A stretch of DNA of 64,000 nt from Afipia sp. (GTDB lineage: Bacteria; Pseudomonadota; Alphaproteobacteria; Rhizobiales; Xanthobacteraceae): the NCBI GenBank assembly GCA_017308575.1, contig JAFKEQ010000002.1, positions 186,832 through 250,831 on the forward strand. The letters are read 5' to 3'. The notes beneath the pieces are model-generated. The model made no database searches and was not told the origin of the DNA. It saw nothing but the letters and a program-made list of their open reading frames with translations. Positions 23,449 to 32,360 of this stretch are shown here, piece after piece; the first letter of the stretch is position 1; the number at the start of each line of letters is the position of its first letter. The translations under genes and the position numbers were made by a program.

Positions 23449-24792
23449 TCACGCCACCGCGCGGATGACCTTGGCGACCTTGTCCATAAGTTCGCCGATC
23501 TGGCTTTCGGAGATGATCAGCGGCGGGGTCAGGCAGACGGTGTCGCCCGCGACGCGGATCATCAGGTCGTGGTCATGGAAGGCGCTGTCCAGCGCATCCA
23601 TCCCGCGCTTGCCGACGCCGTCCTTGTTCGGGGTCAGGTCGATGCCCGCCGTGATGCCGACGGTGCGGATGTCCACCACGTTCGGCTCCTTTCGCAGCTC
23701 CATCAGCGCGTCGGCCCATTTCGGCTCCAGCGCCCTGGCGCGCTCGAACAGACCTTCCTCGCGGTAGATGTCGAGGGTGGCGAGGCCGGCGGCGCAGGCC
23801 AGCGGATGGGCCGAGTAGGTGTAGCCGTGGAAAAACTCGACCATGTAGTCCGGCCCCTTCATGAAGGAGTCGAAGATGCCGTCGCGTACCGCCACGCCGC
23901 CCATCGGCACCGCGCCGTTGGTGATGCCCTTGGCGAAGGTGATCAGGTCCGGCGTCACGCCGTAACGCTCCGCCGCGAAGGCGTAGCCGAGGCGGCCGTA
24001 ACCGGTGATGACCTCGTCGAAGATCAGCAGGATGCCGTGCTTCTCGGTGATTTCGCGCAGCCGCTTCAGGTAGCCCTTCGGCGACGGCAGCACGCCGGTG
24101 GAGCCCGCCATCGGCTCGACGATCACGGCCGCGATGGTGTTCGCGCCATGCAGGCCGACGATACGCTCGAGGTCATCGGCGAAATGCGCGCCATAGTCCG
24201 GCTCGCCCTTGCTGAAAGCCTGCTTCTCGCGGTCGTAGGTGGTCGGCAGGTGATCGACGCCGGTGAGCAGCGTGCCGAACATCTTGCGGTTGTTGACCAT
24301 GCCGCCGACGGAAATGCCGCCGAAGCCGACGCCGTGATAGCCGCGCTCGCGGCCGATCAGGCGGGTGCGTCCGGCCTCGCCGCGGCCGTTGTGATAGGCC
24401 AGCGCGATCTTCAGCGCGGTGTCGACCGCTTCGGAGCCGGAATTGCAGAAGAACACGTGCTCAAGGCCCTTCGGCGCCAGCGCCGCGACGCGGCTGGCCA
24501 GCTCGAAGGCTTTGGGATGGCCGAACTGGAACGGCGGCGCATAGTCGATTGCTGCCGCCTGCTTCTGGATCGCATCGACGATGGAATCGCGGTTATGGCC
24601 GGCATTGCTGCACCACATGCCCGCCGCGCCGTCGAGAATCGCACGGCCGTCGGTGGTGAAGTAGTGCATGTCCTTGGCGCCGGCGAGCATGCGCGGCTTG
24701 CGCTTGAAGGCGCGGTTCGCCGTGAACGGCATCCAGTAGGCGTCGAGGTCGTTCGGCGTGGCGACAGGCGGGCGGGGATGCTGAATATTCAA
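23449..24792 (-). CDS. class III (omega) aminotransferase, beta-alanine/pyruvate transaminase-like
   Basis: PLP-lysine region TFAKGITNG, then DEVITGYGRLG and SGSEAVD. Start placed at TTG 24792 (GGAAGGA 8 nt upstream). ATGs at 24876 and 24924 are alternatives. Confidence 0.85.
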   Translation of the reverse strand: MNIQHPRPPVATPNDLDAYWMPFTANRAFKRKPRMLAGAKDMHYFTTDGRAILDGAAGMWCSNAGHNRDSIVDAIQKQAAAIDYAPPFQFGHPKAFELASRVAALAPKGLEHVFFCNSGSEAVDTALKIALAYHNGRGEAGRTRLIGRERGYHGVGFGGISVGGMVNNRKMFGTLLTGVDHLPTTYDREKQAFSKGEPDYGAHFADDLERIVGLHGANTIAAVIVEPMAGSTGVLPSPKGYLKRLREITEKHGILLIFDEVITGYGRLGYAFAAERYGVTPDLITFAKGITNGAVPMGGVAVRDGIFDSFMKGPDYMVEFFHGYTYSAHPLACAAGLATLDIYREEGLFERARALEPKWADALMELRKEPNVVDIRTVGITAGIDLTPNKDGVGKRGMDALDSAFHDHDLMIRVAGDTVCLTPPLIISESQIGELMDKVAKVIRAVA

Positions 24793-25005
24793 GGCAACGT
24801 TCCTTCCGGCAGGTGAAGTTTCTTTGGCGGCGAACCTAACAGTTTCTCCAGGGGCGCGAAACGCATCGCGGCGCATGGTCGCCCTTAAGTGAAGTCTCGC
24901 ATGGGCGATGGACAGATATACCACTAATAGTTGTTTTATGAATTAGTTCGCTCTTAAAAGTTGTGTGCTTGGATGTGCGTGAGGAAACAGGCACGGGCAA
25001 GCGCC

Positions 25006-25434
25006 ATGAAGCATCGCCTCAAGATTTTTCCCGCGGCGCGCGATGGCGCGATTGCCGTCGAGTTCGCGATCATCGCGCCGCTGTTCCTGATGATCGTGTT
25101 CGGGATCGTCATGTACGGTTCGTATCTCGCGGTGATCCACGGCGTGCAGCAGCTTGCCGCTGAGGCCGCGCGCTCCTCCATCGCGGGGCTGAATGAAAGC
25201 GAACGCAGCTCGCTCGCGAATGCCTATGTCACCGGCAACGTCAAATCCTATCCGCTGATCGATCCGGCCAGGCTCACCGTCAACGCGGCCACCTCTGGCT
25301 CCGACGCCAATGTCTTCATCGTGTCCGTCAACTACGACGCGTCCGGCATGTTCATCTATTCGCTGCCGACCTTCGTGCCGGTGCCGCCGTCCACGGTCGT
25401 GCGTTCCGCAGCGATCCCGCGTGGGGGGTATTGA
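25006..25434 (+). CDS. TadE-like pilus/pseudopilin protein
   Basis: N-terminus RDGAIAVEFAIIAPLFLMIVFGIV is the TadE/TadG-type hydrophobic segment. 142 aa from ATG 25006. Confidence 0.75.
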   Translation: MKHRLKIFPAARDGAIAVEFAIIAPLFLMIVFGIVMYGSYLAVIHGVQQLAAEAARSSIAGLNESERSSLANAYVTGNVKSYPLIDPARLTVNAATSGSDANVFIVSVNYDASGMFIYSLPTFVPVPPSTVVRSAAIPRGGY

Positions 25435-25438
25435 GATC

Positions 25439-27250
25439 ATGAGCGCTTGGATCGATTCAAGTTCTGATGCTTGTCCTCATCCTGAGGAGCGCGCTCTTGC
25501 GCGCGTCTCGAAGGATGAGGCTGCGAATGCTCTCATGGTTCGAGATGCATTGTGGCCGGGCGAGGCCGGCCACAATGCTCCTCACCATGAGGACCGTGGC
25601 CATCCGGCGAGATTGCTGCGCCGCTTCGCCGCCGACGAGCGCGGCAATATCGCCATCATGAGTGCGGCATCGGTGCTGCTGGTGATCGCCTGCACCGCGC
25701 TTGGCATTGATGTCGGCAGCATCTTCGCCGACAAGCGCCGGGCCCAGAGCGCTGCCGATCTCGCGGCCATCGTGGCCGCGAGCGATCTCGACAATGCATC
25801 GCGCGCTGCTGCGGCGACGGTCGCCAAAAACAACTACCCGCCGGACTCACTCGTGGCTGTGGAGCCCGGCGTGTACAAGGCGAACCTGTCGGTGTTGCCG
25901 CAGCAGCGCTTCGTGGCGGGGGCCAAGCCCCCCAATGCGGTGCGCGTCACCCTGCAGACCAGGACGCCGCTTTATTTCGGCAAGGTGATCACCGGTGACA
26001 GCCAGTGGAGCCTGAAGGCCACCGCAGTCGCCAGCACCACCCAGCTTGTGACGTTTGCCATAGGTTCGCGGCTGGCGTCGCTCAATGGCGGATTGCTGAA
26101 CACGCTGCTCGGCAACATGCTCGGCACCACGCTGTCGCTGTCGGTGATGGATTACAACGCGCTGCTCGGCGCGAAGGTCGATGCCTTCGACTTTCTCTCG
26201 GCGCTGGCGGCGCGCGTCAACCTGACCGGCGTGACCTATGACACGCTGCTGTCGTCCAACATCAAGCTGCCGGACGCCATCGCCGCGCTTGCCACCGCGA
26301 ACGGCAACAACGGCGCGACCTCGGCGCTGGCAAGCGTATCGTCCGCGGTGACGGGCCTGACCAACAAGATCACACCGAAGTCGCTGATCGATCTCGGACC
26401 CTATTCCAATCTCACGGTCGGACAAAAGCCGAAGACATCCGTTCAGGTCTCGGCCTATGACCTGCTCGCGGCGACGGCGGGGCTCGCCAACGGCACCAAC
26501 CAGATCTCCGCGGGGCTGAATCTCAACTTGCCGGGCATCGCGGGCGTGACGCTGATGGCGACGGTGGGCGAGCGGCCGGTCGGCACGAGCTGGATCACCG
26601 TCGGTACGCAGGGCGCAAGCGTCCACACCGCGCAGACGCGCATCCTGCTCAAGATTCAGCTGATCGGCAGCGGCACGGTGTCGGTGGTCAATCTTCCGGT
26701 CTATGTCGAGGTCGCAGCAGGAACCGCGACGCTCAATTCGGTGTCGTGCGGCTATCCAAGCGTCAGCGCGTCCTCGGTGACGCTCGGCGTTTCGCCGGGC
26801 ATCGTCGATGCGTGGATCGGCGATGTGACGCCGTCGATGATGACGAATTTCTCCACCAAGCCGAACCCGCCGGGTGCGCAACTCGTCAATCTCGGCGCCG
26901 TGCAGGTGACCGGACGCGCCCATGCCGCCATGGCCAATTCCGCGCCGACGCCCGTGACCTTCAGCTATTCGGACATTCAGGCGCAGACCAGAAAGACCGT
27001 GAACACGACCTCGTTCACGTCGTCCCTCACATCGAGCCTGCTCGGCGATCTGCAACTCGGCGTGCAGGTCGGTCCGCTCGGTCTGCCGATTCCGGGGATA
27101 GGCACGCTGGTCGCCGGCATCATCGGCGGCGCGACCGGCTCGATCGATACGCTGCTGAACTCGGTGCTGCAGACGCTGGGCCTCGGGCTCGGCCAGGTCG
27201 ATACATGGGTCACCGGGGTACGGTGTGACGGCGCGGTGCTGGTGAATTGA
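25439..27250 (+). CDS. TadG-like protein; 5' end uncertain
   Basis: Tad N-terminal signature LLRRFAADERGNIAIMSAASVLLVIACTALGIDVG starts near nt 25610. In-frame starts are ATG 25439, ATG 25535 and TTG 25613. Codons between 25471 and 25594 belong to repeat D2. Confidence 0.7.
   Translation: MSAWIDSSSDACPHPEERALARVSKDEAANALMVRDALWPGEAGHNAPHHEDRGHPARLLRRFAADERGNIAIMSAASVLLVIACTALGIDVGSIFADKRRAQSAADLAAIVAASDLDNASRAAAATVAKNNYPPDSLVAVEPGVYKANLSVLPQQRFVAGAKPPNAVRVTLQTRTPLYFGKVITGDSQWSLKATAVASTTQLVTFAIGSRLASLNGGLLNTLLGNMLGTTLSLSVMDYNALLGAKVDAFDFLSALAARVNLTGVTYDTLLSSNIKLPDAIAALATANGNNGATSALASVSSAVTGLTNKITPKSLIDLGPYSNLTVGQKPKTSVQVSAYDLLAATAGLANGTNQISAGLNLNLPGIAGVTLMATVGERPVGTSWITVGTQGASVHTAQTRILLKIQLIGSGTVSVVNLPVYVEVAAGTATLNSVSCGYPSVSASSVTLGVSPGIVDAWIGDVTPSMMTNFSTKPNPPGAQLVNLGAVQVTGRAHAAMANSAPTPVTFSYSDIQAQTRKTVNTTSFTSSLTSSLLGDLQLGVQVGPLGLPIPGIGTLVAGIIGGATGSIDTLLNSVLQTLGLGLGQVDTWVTGVRCDGAVLVN
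25471..25594. repeat. family D nested-hairpin repeat, copy D2
   Basis: CCTCATCCTGAGGAGCGCG..CGTCTCGAAGGATGAGG, then CTCATGGTTCGAG..CTCCTCACCATGAGGAC. Shares its blocks with D1 and D3. Confidence 0.75.
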
Positions 27251-27304
27251 AGACCGGCATGACTGGCGCTTGCCGGACGTTTGGGCGGCTGGTACCAAGC
27301 GCCC

Positions 27305-28843
27305 ATGTCCGACAAAAAGCCCAAAAAACCGCAGAAACTCAAAGCCCGCCTGCCGCGCGGGCTGGTTGACCGCACGCCCGCCGAGATCGCCGCCACGCGC
27401 GCGATGGTGGAGAAAATCCGCACGGTCTATGAGCGCTACGGCTTCGAGCCGGTGGAAACCCCGGCGATGGAATATACCGACGCGCTCGGCAAGTTCCTGC
27501 CGGATCAGGACCGGCCCAATGAGGGCGTGTTCTCGTTTCAGGATGACGACGAACAGTGGATCTCGCTGCGCTACGACCTGACCGCGCCGCTGGCGCGCTA
27601 TGTCGCGGAAAATTTCGAGACGCTGCCGAAGCCCTATCGCTCCTACCGCCACGGCTACGTCTACCGCAACGAGAAGCCCGGCCCCGGCCGTTTCCGGCAG
27701 TTCATGCAGTTCGATGCCGACACGGTCGGTAGCGCGTCGCCTGCTGCCGATGCCGAGATGTGCATGATGGCGGCGGATACGATGGAAGCGCTCGGCATCG
27801 GTGCTTCGCAATGCGTCGTCAGGATCAACAACCGTAAAGTGCTCGACGGCATTCGCGAAAACGAAGGTATCGCAGACGACGCGCAATGGCTGACTGTCAT
27901 GCGAGCGATCGATAAGGCTGATAAATTTCCTGCAAATGAAATTATCAAATTGCTCGGATCAGGTCGTTGGGATGGCGGCGAAGAGGGTAAGGGCGATTTC
28001 ACTAAGGGGGCCGGTCTGAGAGATTCTCAGATCAATGCAATCATCAATTTTATTGGGGGGCTTGGCGACGCGGGCAGTAGCGCAATTGGCGTATCGGATG
28101 AGGTTACTCTCGCGAACATGCGCGATCGGGTCGGAAGCTCCAAAGTTGGCAATGAAGGTGTCGACGAACTCGCGCAGATGTCGAGCCTCTATTCCGGACA
28201 ATACGCCGGGCGGATTAAAATCGATCCCTCTGTTATTCGCGGCCTCGAATATTACACCGGCCCTGTCTATGAGGTTGAACTTCTGCTTGAAACCAAAGAC
28301 GAAAAGGGCCGCCCGGTTCGGTTCGGTTCGGTCGGCGGCGGCGGGCGTTATGACGGTCTCGTCTCGCGCTTCCGCGGCGAGCCGGTGCCTGCCACCGGTT
28401 TCTCCATCGGCGTGTCGCGATTGCAGGCGGCGCTGACGATGCTCGGCAAGATCGACACCACGCCGGAGTTCGGTCCGGTGGTCGTTGTGGTGATGGATCG
28501 CAACGAAATCGCGCAATATCAGAAGTTCGTCGCGATGCTGCGCAATGACGGCATTCGCGCCGAACTCTATCTCGGCAATCCGAAAAACAATCTCGGCGTG
28601 CAGTTCAAATATGCCGACCGGCGCAATTCGCCTTGCGTCGTCATTCAGGGTGGCGACGAGAAGGCGAAGGGCGAAGTACAGATCAAGGACCTGATTTTGG
28701 GTGCGCAGATCGCGGGCGCCAGCGGAGAAGACCGCGAGGATTATCTGCAGAAGCAGGCCGAGGCGCAGTTCGCGGCCAGAGAAAACGAACTCGTCGCGGC
28801 TGTGCGCAAGGTGCTTGCGCGCCACAACGTGAACTGGAAATAA
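27305..28843 (+). CDS. hisS: histidine--tRNA ligase
   Basis: Class II motifs [25 protein letters not shown] and [10 protein letters not shown], with a C-terminal anticodon-binding domain. ATG at 27305 (MSDKKPKK). Confidence 0.95.
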   Translation: MSDKKPKKPQKLKARLPRGLVDRTPAEIAATRAMVEKIRTVYERYGFEPVETPAMEYTDALGKFLPDQDRPNEGVFSFQDDDEQWISLRYDLTAPLARYVAENFETLPKPYRSYRHGYVYRNEKPGPGRFRQFMQFDADTVGSASPAADAEMCMMAADTMEALGIGASQCVVRINNRKVLDGIRENEGIADDAQWLTVMRAIDKADKFPANEIIKLLGSGRWDGGEEGKGDFTKGAGLRDSQINAIINFIGGLGDAGSSAIGVSDEVTLANMRDRVGSSKVGNEGVDELAQMSSLYSGQYAGRIKIDPSVIRGLEYYTGPVYEVELLLETKDEKGRPVRFGSVGGGGRYDGLVSRFRGEPVPATGFSIGVSRLQAALTMLGKIDTTPEFGPVVVVVMDRNEIAQYQKFVAMLRNDGIRAELYLGNPKNNLGVQFKYADRRNSPCVVIQGGDEKAKGEVQIKDLILGAQIAGASGEDREDYLQKQAEAQFAARENELVAAVRKVLARHNVNWK

Positions 28844-28849
28844 TGAGCA

Positions 28850-28940
28850 TTGTCATGGCCGGGCTTGTCCCGGCCATCTCGATAAGTTGAGCACGATGCC
28901 ATTCAGGTCGGGATCGCCGGGACAAGCCCGGCGATGACAA
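28850..28940. repeat. family A double-hairpin repeat, copy A3
   Basis: TTGTCATGGCCGGGCTTGTCCCGGCCAT ... ATCGCCGGGACAAGCCCGGCGATGACAA. Each arm has a 9-bp stem and a 5-nt loop. Confidence 0.85.
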
Positions 28941-28977
28941 AAGAGACAAAGAAGTAAAATCAAGAAAGGAAATACCG

Positions 28978-29172
28978 ATGCCCGAGGTGACCGTGAACAT
29001 GGCCGCAGGCCGCACCGAAGACCAGAAGAAGGGCATGATGCTCGACATCACCCAGGCGCTGGTGAAGAATCTCGGTGTCGATGCCGAAGCCGTCACCGTG
29101 CAGATCAACGAAGCGCCGCTGCACAACAAGATGAAGGGCGGCAAGACATTCGTCGAGCGGCAGAAGAAGTAA
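28978..29172 (+). CDS. 4-oxalocrotonate tautomerase family protein
   Basis: 64 aa beginning MPEVTV (Pro1 after Met removal), the beta-alpha-beta size class. RBS AAGGAA upstream. Confidence 0.8.
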   Translation: MPEVTVNMAAGRTEDQKKGMMLDITQALVKNLGVDAEAVTVQINEAPLHNKMKGGKTFVERQKK

Positions 29173-29182
29173 GCCGCATCCC

Positions 29183-29578
29183 ATGAACCCGCTCGAGAAA
29201 GTGGTGGTCGGCACGTCCGGCGAGACGGTGGTCACCGTCTCGCACGACATGACGGTCCAGCACTTCGTCTCCACGATGCCGGCGGTGTTCGCGACACCGA
29301 TGATGATTCTGTACATGGAAAAAGCATGTGCGGGCTCGATCGTCGATCTCTTGCCGCCGGGTTATGTCACCGTCGGCATGGAAGTGAACGTGCGGCATCT
29401 GGCGGCGACGCCGGTCGGCCGCACGGTGCGCGTTTCCTCGCGGGTGCGCGAAGTCGATGGCAAGACCGTGCTGTTCGAGGTCGAGGCATGGGATGGCGAC
29501 CGCAAGATCGGCGACGGCACCCATCGCCGGGGCATCGTTCATGTGGCGGCCTTCGAGAAGCGGTTCGGCGTGGCCTGA
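29183..29578 (+). CDS. hotdog-fold thioesterase (FlK-like)
   Basis: 131 aa. The pattern TVQHFVSTMPAVFATPMMILYME..GMEVNVRHLAATPVG is typical of this thioesterase family. Confidence 0.75.
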   Translation: MNPLEKVVVGTSGETVVTVSHDMTVQHFVSTMPAVFATPMMILYMEKACAGSIVDLLPPGYVTVGMEVNVRHLAATPVGRTVRVSSRVREVDGKTVLFEVEAWDGDRKIGDGTHRRGIVHVAAFEKRFGVA

Positions 29579-29689
29579 CCGCGCTTCGCAAAACTTCGTG
29601 ATGTTCTAACCGCCAGCCGCCGCCATCCCCTGTGAAACGGGGCCGAACGGCGCTAGAGTTCCGGCGTTCATATCCGCTGGAGCATTCAC

Positions 29690-29908
29690 ATGAGAGCCGC
29701 GCTGATAGCCGTGATGGCTGCCGCCCTGTTGTCCGGGCAGGCTTATGCGCAGGCCGGTCGGCAGCGGCCAAGCACTGATCCGGCACCGGCGGCGCAGAAA
29801 GAAGATCCGAAGAAGCGGATGGCGCGTGAGGAAGCCGCGGCCAAGGCCGCGATGAAGACCGTGCCGGATTCAAAAGAAAAATACGATCCCTGGAAGATCG
29901 GAAAGTAG
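29690..29908 (+). CDS. small secreted charged protein (hypothetical)
   Basis: 72 aa. Signal peptide MRAALIAVMAAALLSGQAYAQ. GGAG 8 nt upstream of the ATG. Confidence 0.4.
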   Translation: MRAALIAVMAAALLSGQAYAQAGRQRPSTDPAPAAQKEDPKKRMAREEAAAKAAMKTVPDSKEKYDPWKIGK

Positions 29909-29947
29909 TGCTCGTCTCGCCGCGTTCTTGCGGAGAAGTCAAAGCGC

Positions 29948-30499
29948 TCACTTTTTCGGAAGCATGCCTTTCAGCGCCTGCATGTCCTTGATGTTGATCT
30001 TCATGCCGCCGGGCATGACGATGTCGCCCGCCTTCTGGTCGCTCTTGCAGGCTCCGAGCCACTTCGCTTCCATCACGGTCGCGGATTCGGCGGGCACGCC
30101 AGCCGGAGCGCCTGCGTTCTTCGAACTGACCTTCACCGTATAGGCGGAATTGAAATCGCCGGTGATCTCGGTGTGCGAGGTCGAGGTCATGCCGCCGACA
30201 TTGCAGGTGGACTCGATCACGAGGCCCGTGGCGGTCTTCTGCATGTCCTGCTTGGCGCACATCTCTTTCGCCATCGGGCTGAACGAGGTCGCCATGTCCT
30301 TGTCGGTGGTGGCGTCGGTGCATTGCTGCATGGTCATGGCAGGCATTTGCGCGCCGGCATTGACCTTGATTTCCCACAGGCCCGGCTTGCGGTTCGGCAT
30401 TTCGACGGGATCGGCGTGCGCTATGCCGCCGAACATTGCCGCACCGAGAACAAGTCCGGCGGCGCGGACCAGAAAACCGCGCGATGAAAGTGTGGCCAT
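29948..30499 (-). CDS. DUF3617 family secreted protein
   Basis: ATG at 30499. Signal peptide followed by the KPGLWEIKV and QQCTD motifs characteristic of DUF3617. Confidence 0.7.
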   Translation of the reverse strand: MATLSSRGFLVRAAGLVLGAAMFGGIAHADPVEMPNRKPGLWEIKVNAGAQMPAMTMQQCTDATTDKDMATSFSPMAKEMCAKQDMQKTATGLVIESTCNVGGMTSTSHTEITGDFNSAYTVKVSSKNAGAPAGVPAESATVMEAKWLGACKSDQKAGDIVMPGGMKINIKDMQALKGMLPKK

Positions 30500-30530
30500 C
30501 GTCCGGTTCTCCGCAGCGTTCAATGAAGGA

Positions 30531-30854
30531 TCAGTAGGCGGCCCGAATCGGGCGGCTGAGATGGCCGGGATGGACCCAGACGCAGGCGAAGGAAATGTAG
30601 CCGCCATACTGGGCGTCCGCGCCGGTCAGTTTCACGGCCTTGCCGTAGCGGGCGCAGTGATCGACGGCCAGCGCCTTCACGTCCACGCCCTCTTTATAGA
30701 GCGAATAGGCGATGATGCCGCCGGTGTCGTTGCCCTTGAACGGAGGCACCGTGTCGAGAAAGGCGCTCGCCGGCGTCAGCGCAAGAAGTCCCAGAGCCGC
30801 CGTAAGGGCCGCTGTGCGGATTGCCGTTCCAGTCCGTCGCATCCTGTTCTCCAT
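30531..30854 (-). CDS. small secreted hypothetical protein
   Basis: 107 aa (or start at 30842). Signal peptide TAALTAALGLLALTPASA and two Cys. No recognised domain. Confidence 0.5.
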   Translation of the reverse strand: MENRMRRTGTAIRTAALTAALGLLALTPASAFLDTVPPFKGNDTGGIIAYSLYKEGVDVKALAVDHCARYGKAVKLTGADAQYGGYISFACVWVHPGHLSRPIRAAY

Positions 30855-31018
30855 TCGATTCCGCCGCCACCATAGGCTGCCCGGCCTGTCATGAAAAGAA
30901 CGGCTATGCCATCATGGCGGGGATGACGGCCAAGTGTTGCCGCGCTGCACTTGACCGGGTGGCGGCTTCGCGTCACCTTCCGGCGCAACAGACATCCCGG
31001 ATTCCGGCAGGCCGCTCC

Positions 31019-31489
31019 ATGCGCGATTTTTTCTCGACATTCCGAACCCTGATTTTGGCCGCGGCGCTGGGCGCCGTCCTCGGCGGCATCACACTGGGCC
31101 AGCAGGCACAGGCCGCAGGCGTGCTCGAGCGGGGCATCTGGCTCTCCGGTCCGCGCTATGACGGCGAGATGCGCGCCTGCAGCGAAGCGCTCGGCACCAT
31201 CACCCAGCAGTTCGCGGAAAAAGAAAGCAAGTTCTGGAATTCCAGCCTCGAAATCACCGGCTATGCCGATGTGCACGAGATCGCCTTCCGTCCGTGGGCG
31301 AATGACAGCATTCCGCGCCGCTTCTGCACAGCCAGCGCGATGCTGAACGACGGCCGCGCCCGTCAGGTCCATTTCTCGGTGATCGAGGACGGCGGATTCG
31401 CGGGCTTCGATTCCGGCGTCGAGTGGTGCGTGGTCGGGCTCGACCGCAATTGGGCTTACAATCCGTCCTGCAAGGCGGCGAAGCCGTAA
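31019..31489 (+). CDS. secreted four-cysteine hypothetical protein
   Basis: ATG at 31019. Signal peptide MRDFFSTFRTLILAAALGAVLGGITLGQQAQA. 156 aa. Upstream of the RNase T2 gene on the same strand. Confidence 0.55.
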   Translation: MRDFFSTFRTLILAAALGAVLGGITLGQQAQAAGVLERGIWLSGPRYDGEMRACSEALGTITQQFAEKESKFWNSSLEITGYADVHEIAFRPWANDSIPRRFCTASAMLNDGRARQVHFSVIEDGGFAGFDSGVEWCVVGLDRNWAYNPSCKAAKP

Positions 31490-31613
31490 GCTGCTCACAG
31501 GTTTTGTTCACATGACGCCGCGTCGGCCCAATGCCGGGGCGGCGTTTTCGTTCTTGAAATGTTCTGAGGGCCTCAATACGCTTCGGACAGGCATGGGAAT
31601 TGGGGGCGACATC

Positions 31614-32345
31614 ATGAAGAGCTTCACGTCCGCTTTGACGATCGCAGCATTGACCTTGCGGGATTGGTCGCGGCGGCTGGCCGCTCCGCTTCTGGCCCTC
31701 GTCATGACGAGCGCGATCGCGGGGACGGTATCCGCGCAGGATCACCGCCAGAACGCGCCGGGCCAGTTCGATTTCTATGTTCTGTCGCTGTCATGGTCGC
31801 CGTCGTTCTGTGCGGCCGCGAGCGAGCGCGGCAATTCCAGCCGCGGCATCCAGGCCCAGTGCGCGGGCCGTCCGTTTTCGTTCGTGGTGCACGGGCTGTG
31901 GCCGCAATACGATCGCGGCTTTCCGGAATATTGCCAGCGACCGTCGCCGCGGCTCGATCGTAATGTCATGACGTCGATGCTGGACCTGATGCCCGCGCCC
32001 GGCCTGATTTATAACGAGTGGGACAAGCACGGCACCTGCTCGGGCCTCGGCGCGCGAGGCTATTTTGAAGCCATCCGCAAGGCGCGCGCGGTGGTGAAGA
32101 TTCCGAGCGATTATCTCCAGCTCTCCGCGCCCAAGCTTGTGACGCCGGGTGAGATCGAGGAGGCCTTCGTCAAGGCCAACCCCGGCTTGTCCGGTTCAGC
32201 CATTGCCGTGACCTGCGACAGCAAGCGTCTCAGCGAAGTGCGCATCTGCATGAACAAGGATCTGCAGTTCCGCGCCTGCGAGGAGATCGACCGCCGCGCC
32301 TGCCGCCGCGACAAGGTTTTGATGCCGCCGGTGCGCGGGGGATAG
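31614..32345 (+). CDS. ribonuclease T2 family protein, secreted
   Basis: CAS I motif FVVHGLWPQ and CAS II motif NEWDKHGTCSG, plus a signal peptide. ATG at 31614. Confidence 0.85.
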   Translation: MKSFTSALTIAALTLRDWSRRLAAPLLALVMTSAIAGTVSAQDHRQNAPGQFDFYVLSLSWSPSFCAAASERGNSSRGIQAQCAGRPFSFVVHGLWPQYDRGFPEYCQRPSPRLDRNVMTSMLDLMPAPGLIYNEWDKHGTCSGLGARGYFEAIRKARAVVKIPSDYLQLSAPKLVTPGEIEEAFVKANPGLSGSAIAVTCDSKRLSEVRICMNKDLQFRACEEIDRRACRRDKVLMPPVRGG

Positions 32346-32360
32346 TTGCAACTCATCAGG

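Noticed and set aside
25847-27886. 679-aa minus-strand ORF overlapping the TadG-like gene and the 5' part of hisS
   Set aside because: It spans two independently supported plus-strand genes and the spacer between them, has an Arg/Asp/Gly-rich composition and no motif. Judged a shadow ORF.
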